DNA of 62,156 bases, counting the filler. It is 12 parts of 12 records of this genome, joined end to end, with 100 filler letters (N's around TTAATTAATTAA, not from the genome) between each part and the next. Parts side by side here need not be neighbours in the genome. Positions count along the whole stretch, not along the records: positions 10,893 to 17,357 come from SRR15195285_5778; positions 17,458 to 24,390 come from SRR15195285_5786; 10 more parts are not named here. One strand, given 5' to 3'. The notes below the pieces were generated by a model. It had not been told where the DNA came from. It did no database searches and saw only the letters and a program-made list of their open reading frames with translations. The stretch's first letter is position 1. Each line of letters opens with the position of its first letter. Below, piece after piece: positions 10,996-21,838 of the stretch. The translations under genes were made by a program, and so were the position numbers.

Positions 10996-13900
10996 ATGGC
11001 GATGGAGAAGGCGGGCCCGCCTGAGGTGGGGAGGCGGGTGGAGGTCGACGCGCAGCATGTGAGTGCCCCCTCCCCTGTGCACAGCAGCGTAGAACCAGCA
11101 GGGCGGCTGGGCAGGGGAGCGGGGCGGCTGGGCATCGTCGGTGGTAGCCCATGCGTCAGACGCATGTTTGCGGAGCTGATGGCAATAGGACGGCGGCGGC
11201 TCCGCGCCTTCCCTCCGTCCGGTTGTTCCGCCCTGCCACTCCTCAGCTCTCTGTGGGGTCAGATTGCTGCAGTCAATCCATCAGTCAGCCTGAAACCACA
11301 CTGTATGCGAGTGTATGGGCGCATGCCGAGTTTTCTTGGCACCGTTTGACGCTGTAGACAGTACGGGATGGCTCCTGACCGCGATCCCATAGGACGGCTC
11401 CGCACCTTCCCAGCCACCCACATAGCTATTCGAATACTGAGAGGGAGGCGGCGTTTCTCATCGTCTACTGGTGTTTTGGCGCACGCAGGGCGGACAGGTC
11501 ATGTATAAGGGCAGGATCAAAGGGAGAAAAGGCGAGTGGCTCGGGCTGCAGATGGACGAGACGGTCGGCGACTGCGACGGGACCGTCGGCGAGGATCGGT
11601 ATTTCACATGCGAAGATACACAGGGCTTGTTCATCAAGTGGGAATCTGGAAGGGTAGTAGCAACGCCGGACAGAGCTGTCATCCCTCAGCCCGTGCTGGA
11701 ACACATGCTGATGCTGTTCGAGGCGTGCGACGCTAGCCGAACCGGTGGCCTCGATGTCGGCGAGCTGCTGCAGGCAATGCAACTGCTCGGCCAGGGAGTG
11801 ACGAAGAAAGATGCCCAGGCGATTTTCAAGCGAATCGTTAACGACGCAGACCGCGTGTCGTCGCTTAAAACTGGGATCGAATTCGATGAATTCAGGCGAG
11901 TCATGGAGGAGCAGTGGTTGGGTGTTGACCTGGACGCAGTTGTGCGGTCAATCCAAGAAGAAGAACAAGCAGAGCTGGAAAAGCAGGAGGCAGCGAGGCT
12001 GGCAGCGCTAGAGCAGGACTTGGCGATTGACGTGATGGGAGTGACTGTCGATCTGAACTACTTTGGCGCGGGGACCAACGTGGGGCTCCTCGTCGTGTAC
12101 AGCTGCATGGCTCTTGCGGTGACAGGGCAGGTGTATTTGCACGTGCCAGAAGACATGCTGACTTTCTTCATGGTCGCCGTGCTCGGCGGCAGCGCCGCAC
12201 TCTTTGGCATCGGCGGTGTTGCCATCAAAACTCAAAATTGGCCTCTTGTGAAGCTGTATTCAGTTTTGCTGTTCTTCGCGGCGGGGATGCAGTTCGCAGT
12301 CTGCATTGCGTTCAAGGTAGGGCTGTTGCAAATGAGCACCTCCGTCGTAGCTGCTGTCATGGATAGAGAGTGTGGCACCTGTGTCGGGGCTGAGCGCTGC
12401 GCCACCGTGAGTAGCAGCGTTCTTCCGGCACAAGCTGACGCTGAACTAGGTGATCAGCCTTGGTACTGCTGCTGCGCACACAACGAATGTCGGGGCACAG
12501 AGCTGGCAATCCAAGCACAAGCAACCTGTGAGGACAGCTGTGCGCTGGCAGACCTGACAGACAGTGACACTGCTTCCCGGGCCAGCTGCATCGCCCAAGG
12601 TGATGCGGCTGGACCACCGGCGAGCACATGTGTTTACCTTGGGGCTACTGACGCAGTTTGCAACCGAGGATCATCCTGCCCACAGGATGATCCGACCCAC
12701 CCAACACTCCATGACGAATGTTACACGACGGCGGGAGTGGCTATCGGTGGGGATCTTCCATCGTGCCCAGCGATGACCGGGCTAGATTCTGCGGCTGCGA
12801 GCGTAACCTGCTTGGCAGCTGCAGGTTGCGAGTATACGCCTGGAACAGCCAAGACTTGCACGCAGAATGAGGAGGTGTCCTGCGGGGATCACGCGCAAAG
12901 CGAGTCGGCTTGTACTAGTACGGGCGTTTGCGTCTACACTCCGGCGGTATATGGCAGCCACGTTGCTGATCTGTCAGCCGAGGAGGTGGAAACGATGCAG
13001 ATGTGTCAAACTCGGGACGAGTACCTAGACTTCGCCCGGGTGCACGCTTATCCTATGTTGTCTGTGCTTGGCGACGATCAATGTTTTGACCGCATCGACG
13101 ACCCGAACGAAGCCAGCGGGTATGCCGGTAAGCTGCTCTGCCACTGTACTGCAAACGCTCAGCGCCGCTCACGACAGCTGCCCTGTAAACGTCGATGCCG
13201 TTGTCTGCTGACAGGGCTCGCGGGATGCCTGGAGTCTTACCAATCGAGCATGCAAGTGTGGTACTTGGTCATTCAAATGCTGATGCTTCCGATTGTACTG
13301 CTAGCAGCTTACGTTGGCTGGGTGCTTCCCGATATATACATCCAAAAAGTTACGCAGTCCCAGGCCCAGGGAGTAGACAGTTTTTTATCAACCTTAAATT
13401 TCTCGAACCCCATTGACGAGGAAGCTGGAAACGGCGACGGGACTAAGGAGGGCAAGGACGAAGTCCTATCAGAGGCGTCCACGATTGCAGAGGCTTTGAT
13501 ACAGGCGAAGCAGGTGTGTGGAAACCTATTGAATCGCCCCCATTTGCATCAGCAGGGTTGATGGTTGATGTGAAGACTTCATTACCGTCAACTGCAGACT
13601 AACGGACTGTGTTCTTATGACCAGGCAAAAAAGGACAGGGTCAGGCAAAAGGAGCTACAGACGCTCGGTCCATACTTGTCAGGTCAGTATAAGCCGACGA
13701 ATGCAGACATAGCGAAGGCCACGGCTAGTGTATCTAGTGGGGCAAGAGTAGCTGGCACAGTCCCTGGGTCGCAAGCGGAAAAGGCTGGCGTGCGTAGAGG
13801 TTGGCTGTTGCACAGCATTAATAGCAAGGTTGTGAGCAGCCAGCGTCCCGAGAAGGTGGTTTCGATGTTGCGTGACGCGGGGCGGCCGCTGTTGGTAGGC

Positions 13901-14140
13901 TTTCATCAGCCATACCAACGTTCAAACACCGGGCCTATAGAGATCGCCTTCAAAGAACCTGGGGAATTAGGCCTTCAATTCGAAGGCACAACTAGAATCG
14001 GTCAAGATGCAGACGATACTCCGGTCAAGCGTGCTAATCCATTGGCGGCTGAATTGACTAGATCCAGCCAGGCTAAAGACGATTCTCCGATCAAAGTGGC
14101 CAACCCATTGATGAATCAATCAGTGGATAATGAGGAGTAG
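10996..14140 (+). CDS. Membrane protein: CAP-Gly + EF-hand + tetraspanin-like 4TM with large Cys-rich loop + PDZ; 4 exons
   Basis: Exons 10996-11058, 11489-13127, 13215-13513, 13625-14140. Splicing rebuilds CAP-Gly VGRRVEVDAQH|GGQVMYKG...GEWLGLQMDETVGDCDGTVGEDRYF. EF loop DASRTGGLDVGEL; four hydrophobic helices; PDZ-like ARVAGTVPGSQAEKAGVRRGWLLHSIN...RPLLVGF. Confidence 0.85.
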
Positions 14141-14206
14141 TACGCCTGGTGGTGAGCACCAATGTAGTACGGCTGAATTCAATCCAGAAATGCGATGCTA
14201 ACTAAA

Positions 14207-17028
14207 CTAAAACATTTCCGCCTCAGCCATCGACCTGATTCGTGCAACACGCTACCACTTCAGCAAGAGGAGAGAGGAGGAACGTAGAACATCTGGTCGC
14301 GCTTACCGCAACACCATTCTGCAGGCTTCGTCAATGTCCATAGCTGAAGTGTCAACTTTGAGGTCTGGTGCTGGTGGCTCTTCGTAAGGATCATCAATAC
14401 CAGTGAAGCCTTTGATTTCGCCAGCGCGTGCCTTCTTGTATAGACCTTTTGGGTCACGTTCCTCCTGCAGCGATGGTTTACAGCGCATTAGATGCAAGCA
14501 AGACATATGGAACAACACGCAGTAAAACTCTGCCAGCGTATATCTTCAGCGCCTATCTTCTAGAAACGAGCGAGCACGCCAACACATGGCGTGGTGCGTA
14601 CCGCGACCGAGAGCGGCACATGCACGTGGCATTCAATAAATGGCAACCCAGCGGCAGTATGGAGCTTCCGTGCCGCCTCACGGTCTTTCCGGTACGGTGA
14701 GATGAATGACACTAGGCAGATCATCCCAGCGTCAGCAAAAAGCTTGCCCACCCTGCACAGACCAACGGTTGCAAATGAAAGGTAATCTATGGTGCAACCA
14801 ACCCAGCAAGGCGTTTTCATCATAATTGTACCCCAAAAGACCATGGGCAGAATGGTCTCACTCTGCTATTCTTCGAATGTTCTCCGTACGGTCGGCAATG
14901 GAAAATCCTAGGCCGGCATTCAGTCCAAGACGCACGTTGTCACCATCAAGTCGGTACGCAGGTCGAGACCTAGCAAGCAATTTAGCTTCCAACGCCGCAG
15001 CCAGTGTGCTTTTTCCACTCGCAGAAAGTCCCGTGAGCCACACAGTGCCACCACGCTGCCGCAGACATGTCTGTACACAAACCATACCACACCCAAGCAG
15101 AAGTTAGTACAGAGCTACCATCAAGGCCTTAGCTAGTCGAACAACTCACTCAACGCGCAAAGGCATGGCAGCAACATTCATTACCTGCCGATCCTGGCGG
15201 CTAGAAATCGACTCATGCGCGGTGAGGTTGCTTCCCGAGCTTACTTCGGCGCCCCCAGCGGCAGCTACTTTAGACAAGTCTTCGACAGCAGCTTTCTCAG
15301 CTGCAAGGGCCTGCTCGAAGTAGCCATCTGGTACTGCAGTGACTGAGTTGTGACTCCTTTCATATTCCACCACCTCTGAAGCGACCAAGCCATACACGAT
15401 GGCAATGTAAGCTATGTGGCTGGGGACATAAGCGAGCGCCACATTTGGTGTACGAGCAAATCCAAAAGTCAATATGCACACTGACCATACAGGGGGCGGT
15501 GATGAAACTTTGCGCTCTGTGCACCACCCCCATTCCACGGTGGCAACTGCATGCTCACGTCTGCGTTGATCCGTTTGTTAAGAGCCCTGGTGTCCAGCTT
15601 GAGCGCGAGTGGCTCAGCCACCTGCTCGATGGCAACATCAGGAAAACATCACGAAGGCGCTTCGTCCCAACACAATTACAAGGCACAGCTTTCCTACCTC
15701 TGCGATCCATTTGAGCAATGCCACATTGCCTTCGACGCCATCCGCAGGTTGCCCGATTACAAACTCCGCGTGCCTGCCAAGCCCCATGGCAGGTTACTCA
15801 ACGCAAGACGCATCCCCAATCGCATACATGATTGCAATGGTGCAAGAACAATGAATGCAGCTCAGTGATGTGAGACCTCACTCGAGTCCGGACGCGTAGA
15901 AACGCCCAGGCTTCGGACACGGGACTTCAATGCACGAAACGGTGAAACCTGAGTGAACAATTGGCTCGTGCAGCTGAATGGTCGCTATCGGCCGCCCCCC
16001 GATCATACCTGGCGCCATCGCAAGTGAAAACCATCGCTCTGGGCGCAGCCACGCATAGTTTGGCAACAGTGCTGCTTATCTTACTTTCCACTCCAAGCAC
16101 GCCAAACTGCGAAAGCAGCGCAGCACAGATCTCTCTATACTGCGCCACAGACGAGCAGCGGAAACAAATGTGATCGAGCTCATATCCTCTCGCAAGCACG
16201 TCCAGGCCGTTGGTGGCCAGCGAAGCGACCAGAGCGTCGATGAACCCGCAGTAATTGCCGATCAAGTGCTCCAAAAGTGGCAGCTCGTGGCTGCGCGTTC
16301 CGAAACCACTACGCGTCGCTCCTAGCGGAGCCCTAGTCGGTGATGTGGTGGTGCTCCACGTCCACTGTGGGTCGTGCACAAATGGGCCGTACAGGAGTAG
16401 CGATGCGGCTTCCTGTGGCAGCTGCGACTCAATCTCGTAGTTTGACGAGCCTTGCAGTCGATTGAACTTCGACTCCCATCGGGAGAAGTGGGAACAGGCG
16501 AGGAGGTGACCTTCAAAGCGGTCCGCGGAGGCAGTGCAGCTGTATAGGGGCCGGTAGACTACCTTGAAGTCTTTCACCTGTGTCACACCATCCTCACGTC
16601 AGTGTTGGGGGGTACAGCAGGCGGTGTGCTGGTAATCGTAGCTCGTGTCTTCCTTGACGTCAGCAGACTGGCTAAAAGAGATGCAGGAGTTTTGTTCAAG
16701 CCAGTATTTGGGCTGTACAGCAGCGAGGTGCAAAGAGCTGACCTCGTGGTCCCAAGCATGGCCGAGGACCTGGTAGTACTTGCCCTTCAGCTCCCACACC
16801 TCAACGGTGGACGCTGCAGCTGGCTGCTGCTTGATTCGTACCTGCTCCACACACGCAATGCATGTTACCCTTGAGCAGCTGTCTCAAAACAGTACAGAAT
16901 TACAGTGTAAAAAGTCATCAGCTTGGTCAAGATCTTTCTGTACACGGAGTAGGTACGCAAGACAGTGCGGCGACTGCACCCAGCGCGGCTGCACCTGCAG
17001 CACCAGCGAAGGCTGCTGCTGCTGCCAT
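14207..17028 (-). CDS. cysC: Fusion protein: hydrophobic N-terminus + DUF1653-like + YecM-type VOC domain + adenylyl-sulfate (APS) kinase; 11 exons
   Basis: Exons 17028-16957, 16841-16743, 16577-16085, 16008-15882, 15773-15698, 15621-15486, 15375-15185, 15070-14862, 14752-14602, 14464-14307, 14234-14207; all GT-AG and in phase. APS kinase: [68 protein letters not shown]. YecM-like: [46 protein letters not shown]. Confidence 0.85.
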
Positions 17029-17357
17029 ATCCGCTCGCACGCAGTCGGCGGCGACGAACGCGCACGGCAGCAGACTATTGACGTCAGCGAAGCTGCGTGA
17101 GAGATGAGTGCTCCGGTCGCACGCAGTCTTTTTCGGCTCGCCGGCAGCGCGAGTCACGATGATCGCCGCCGGCGCCGGCGCGGCGCCGCGCGTGCGGATC
17201 GCGCGCCATCCATCGCGATCGTATCCCGCGCGGGCAAGCAAGCGCGCGGCGGCGGTCGGTCACAGCGATCATGAATGCCGAACGTGATTTGCCGGTATTT
17301 TCGCGCTTTTTCAACACTTTTCAAAAAGAGATCAGATACAGTCGATACAGTACGTGG

Positions 17358-17457
17358 NNNNNNNNNNNNNNNNNNNNNNNNNNNNNNNNNNNNNNNNNNN
17401 NTTAATTAATTAANNNNNNNNNNNNNNNNNNNNNNNNNNNNNNNNNNNNNNNNNNNN
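17358..17457. other. Artificial contig spacer
   Basis: N44-TTAATTAATTAA-N44. Confidence 0.99.
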
Positions 17458-17628
17458 GCAGTCTGATCGACGCGTTTGGCGCAGTATATATGCCCTCTCC
17501 GTCGACGAGTCTCGTAGGGGCGCTGGCAGGTGCACTCTGGGGGCCGCCGTCCAGGGGGCGTCCACGCACTACTCGGCCGCGGACGCGTCATCGTCGCCCG
17601 TGCGTGCCACCGCGCGCCACACGCACGC

Positions 17629-19230
17629 ATGGACAGCCGGCGGCTCGAGGAGCACCGATATCGATGGCGTACACTGTACCTCTTGACCGGACACGTCGTC
17701 AACAGTTCATCTAGGCGGCTGCAAACTCCACCGCTGGGCCCAGGGCGGCACACTGTTGCTGGGCATCCCACGGTGCTGCCTGACCTCGATGAACTCTCGG
17801 TCCTGGACAACGCTGTAGCCACTGCCGATGCAGTGGCTCTTCCGAACCGTGGACCACTGCGCTTGGTGAACGGCAGGCCAGACCCCGCAATTCTCGAAGC
17901 ATACAATGAATATGGATTCTATATCCTGGAAGGTACTCGTCGACTTGCACTGCCCCCACACATTGTGCATTCGTGCACGAAGCAGATGAAGTTTATGGCT
18001 GACTCTCCGTCCCGAATGTACCGTGCGTGTTTGCGAAGGTGCGGTAGCTGGCCAGGAGCTAGTTGAGCTGCAGTCTGATGTCGAACGTATACTCGAGCAT
18101 GCGGAGGCTTTGCACCACGCTGGTCAGGACGATCAGGCGTTGGTGACGAATGCTCCACAATGGTTCGCAGGAATGCGAACTGGCCGCATGCCACCTCTTG
18201 GGCAGGACGGTCGTCCCGATGGTCGCAATCCAGTCAGTATGGACACCTTCCCGTTGCTTGCCGATGCCCCAGACAGTGTACTTCGATCTGTTAGTTCATG
18301 GGGCAGGCTCAGTGCTGCTGGTCTGCGGCTACTCGGACACCCACAGTTGCTAGCAATTGCTGAGGCTGTAAACGGGCCCGACTTCACTCCATTCGGAGGA
18401 GCAAACGAGGAGATGATTGTCAAAGTCCCGCGATACGGATCGTCTGTTGCCTGGGTAAACTGCCAAGTACTCGCCTCGTCCCAGCGCTAGGGTTGCAAGT
18501 GTGCTACTGTTTCTGCGCATGCGTGCATTCGAACCAGATTCAGCGAGTGACTGTTCTTGCTTCTTGCATTGCAGCACCAGGATGGCACAACCAAAGTTGG
18601 CCGTGATGCCAGCCGGGGCGATCACGGATTCAACTTCTTCTGTCAAGTATTTGGATGCACTGCCGAGAATGGAGTGTGGACAGTTCCAGGATCACACAGA
18701 TGGGGGCACATTGACCTGGTGAGTCTGGTTGAACGGTATGGCGAGCGGCTGCCGGGAGCATTGCCATGCATTTGTAAGCCAGGGGACATCGTCATGCAAT
18801 CTCGGAACGCGCTACATGGCTCGTGAGTAGCGATGCGGCGGTGATGTCAGTGAACCTGCGGTCGCTTGGTGGTGTGTTGCTCATGGTGCTGCAGTATGTG
18901 CACTGATGCTGTCGTTGTCATGATTGTGATGTGTCTTCTGCCAGTTTTGCGAATAAATCTGAGCAGCGGCGGGTGACGCTCAACTTTGGCTTCTTCAGAC
19001 GCTCGGAAGTTGTTGGTGCCCGGCCCATGCACACCGAGCAGCGGGTGCAGGCGCTCTGCGAGATGATACCACTAGCTGTGGCATTTCGACAGCATTCGCG
19101 TGGGGCGCAAGCTGGTGAGATTCCGTTCGTGTACCAACCGCATGCATCGCAACAATTGGAATTCAAGTGGGAAGGTTGGGATGCACCAGCAACTGTGGCT
19201 GCACTGAATGCTCCAGGAGTTGGGTATTGA
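17629..19230 (+). CDS. Phytanoyl-CoA dioxygenase (PhyH) family Fe(II)/2-oxoglutarate dioxygenase; 4 exons
   Basis: Exons 17629-17932, 18039-18454, 18575-18822, 18945-19230. Motifs YNEYGFYILEG, VAW|HQDG (HxD), ENGVWTVPGSH, KPGDIV, LHGS|FAN.S..RR. Confidence 0.9.
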
Positions 19231-19982
19231 TCACCACTGGAGTGAACAACACAACATTGTGTGTTTACGGAGAAAACGGCCGAGTTCCAGCAACAGTTGT
19301 TATACTGACTGGGCCGGAGTGGTGGTCATTTGCCGCACCGGCACAGCCGTCCACATGTCAGACACAACTCGTGGGTCCAGCGGCTGAGTCGCCACTGCAG
19401 TCTAGAATGCAAGCCCACGATAGCGGGACACCTCAAATAAAAACCTCTCGGCGTCTCGAGCATGCATGATTGTGACCCTGAATTGAATTCACACTCGTAC
19501 TATCATAGTAGGTCATTGGTCCCCACTTGAGACTCTTTCGGATTGCAGCTAAACTAGGTTGTAGCTGATGACGATAGCGGGGCAGTTGCATTTGACGCTC
19601 GAGCAAGATACTAGTAATTATAGGCGTGCAGCCTAGATCTAGTTCCCGGCGGTCGTTTGGACCTTGTGGATCTCGGCTCGAGGACAATTCCTGGGCATAA
19701 GGCTGCGCATGCTTCAAGAATGAACCTCTGTTTGCGCAAGAAATAGAAGGAAAAAAAGTGCAACCATAACATTTCGTCGCTCTGCAATTCTGAGATATTC
19801 TCTCCTGTGTAGTACCTGCAACCTCGCCTCGTTGCGTTGCAATTGAAACAGTTGAGCGTCGCCATGCGGTCATCGTCTCGAATACGCCAACCAAGGGTTC
19901 GCTCGGTCGTAGTCTTCCTGCCGCTGCCATCGTAGCGAGGTTGGTTCAATGCTCGAAGCTGAGCAAACCCTTCAAATGCTCG

Positions 19983-20912
19983 TCACAGCCGGTGGAATCT
20001 AATATCTTGTGGTCCATGGTATCCGCTCGCCTGCACATCTAGAGAAAACTCAAAGCCATCGAGGACGATTGGGGCGAGACCGACATTGCACCACCTGCGC
20101 GGATCGTAGTCGGACACCGGTGGGTGAGGTAATGCCACCGCATGCAAGCAAAAAAAGTCGGAAGCTGTGGTGTTGTCACGAATCGCCCCACACGCGGCCA
20201 TGCCTAGCTGACGACGACAGACTGCACCGTCAGGCCACTGCCACGATTTCAAAGGAAGCGTGCGGCTAATGTGCTGCTCGACGTCCAGGATCCAAGATGG
20301 CCGCAAGACGATTATCCGTAGTCCAAACGCATCGTAGAATTGCCGGCACATCTCCTCCTGTAGCCGCTTGTGAATACCATATAGGTCGCCATCTGTTCGT
20401 CGCACGTCCTGGTCCATGAATACGCTCCCACGCTGCTCCTTACCTGGGAGGTGCGGTACGCCTGGCCAGTGATGGTCGGCAGAACCGATGTGAACAACTC
20501 GGACAATGCCATCTTGGTGTCGCGCTGCCTCTAGTATGTTCCACAGACCTTTCAAGTTCACAAGCCACGAGTCCTCATCTGACATGTAATCTAGACTTGA
20601 ATACTGGCCCGCTGCACCAGGGATGTCGGCTGTCGCCGCAAATTTAGGCGATCTGGGAAAGAGCATAGTGCAGTGAACGATGGCATGACAACCTATCAAG
20701 TAGCGCTCAGCGAGATCGTGGTCAGCAATGCTGCCATACACTCGTTCCAGCCGCGGGCTGTCCATCAAGCTCTCATCGTTCTTCACCAGCTGCCCAGGCA
20801 GCCACGCCTCTGAATTCAGATCCCAAGCTCTGACGCTGTGTCCAGCATTCAGAAGCTCCTCGACCACGGCGCGGCCCGTGAATCCTGCTCCACCACATAC
20901 AAGCACACGCAT
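19983..20912 (-). CDS. NAD-dependent epimerase/dehydratase (extended SDR)
   Basis: MRVLVCGGAGFTG Rossmann motif, VNLKGLWNILEAA, YGIHK catalytic YxxxK, IIVLRP. An alternative ATG lies at 20966. Confidence 0.88.
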   Translation of the reverse strand: MRVLVCGGAGFTGRAVVEELLNAGHSVRAWDLNSEAWLPGQLVKNDESLMDSPRLERVYGSIADHDLAERYLIGCHAIVHCTMLFPRSPKFAATADIPGAAGQYSSLDYMSDEDSWLVNLKGLWNILEAARHQDGIVRVVHIGSADHHWPGVPHLPGKEQRGSVFMDQDVRRTDGDLYGIHKRLQEEMCRQFYDAFGLRIIVLRPSWILDVEQHISRTLPLKSWQWPDGAVCRRQLGMAACGAIRDNTTASDFFCLHAVALPHPPVSDYDPRRWCNVGLAPIVLDGFEFSLDVQASGYHGPQDIRFHRL

Positions 20913-21437
20913 AATGCGCCACCGCAACTCTCGTTCAGCGATACTCCACCGACTTACTGCGCTCACGATGGACAGTGGTGCCGGCGGTGGTGGCGCGACG
21001 ACGACTGTGGGCGGGGCAGAGGCTAGGCGCTAGCCTCGCCGGCTATATATCGAAGGCCGGGACGCAGCTTGCGCATGCATGCATGCGCGCGCGCGTCGTC
21101 GATCAGTCCTGAAGCCTGAACCCTCAGAGATTATAGTGCCCAGGTTGGGTAGTCTCTGCACCTACGCAAGCGGCCAAGCGCCGGAGGACACCGTAGCACG
21201 AGGCGGACCCTCGTGGCGGAGCAGCCGGCCGGCCTTAGCCCTCCTGTGCGGTGCACGTGCTGTGAATTGACTGCATGATACACACGCAGAACCCACTGAG
21301 AAATACAGTCGCGCGCCCGTCCGCCCGCCTCCAGTCGGCAGTCGCAGCGATTGTCTGTCGGCGATGATACGGAATTCCGTACTATTCGCACTCCGCTGAG
21401 ATTACGGGCTGGGGGGAGAATCACCAAACCAAATCGC

Positions 21438-21652
21438 CCAAAAACACGGTAGAGAGCCGAGGGTCTCCTGCATACACCGTGTGGCTGGGCGGACCGCGGC
21501 GGCCTCGTACAGCACGTGGAGCGTGCGCGGGGACTGACCGCGGTGGGCAGAATTTTGGACAAAAGAAGAGAGGAGCGAGAGCCCCTTGCGAAAAAGGGGA
21601 TCTGGCCAAAAACACGGAAAGTGAGCCGACAGTCTCCTGCACAGACCGAGTG
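21438..21652. repeat. Imperfect ~46-nt direct repeat, two copies 168 nt apart
   Basis: ccaaaaacacggtagagagccgagggtctcctgcatacaccgtgtg (21438) versus ccaaaaacacggaaagtgagccgacagtctcctgcacagaccgagtg (21606). Confidence 0.8.
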
Positions 21653-21838
21653 TTTGGTGCAGCAGCACTGCGCCTCTCCCGTGCACGCAGCACGCAGCGT
21701 GCGGTGGGGCGGCAGCGGCGCGGGGACCGACTGCACCGAGGCGAGTTTGGCTGCACAGAGTGACTTTTTGTGGAGCGGAAGCGCCGCAAAGCTTCTCACT
21801 GGCGCAGGAGGGGCTTGCTTGGCGAGGAGGAGGGGCAG

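Noticed and set aside
19611-19985. In-frame TGA after the SDR ORF followed by ~120 open codons (selenocysteine or readthrough)
   Set aside because: The SDR domain is already complete, the downstream peptide has no recognisable features, and I see no SECIS element.
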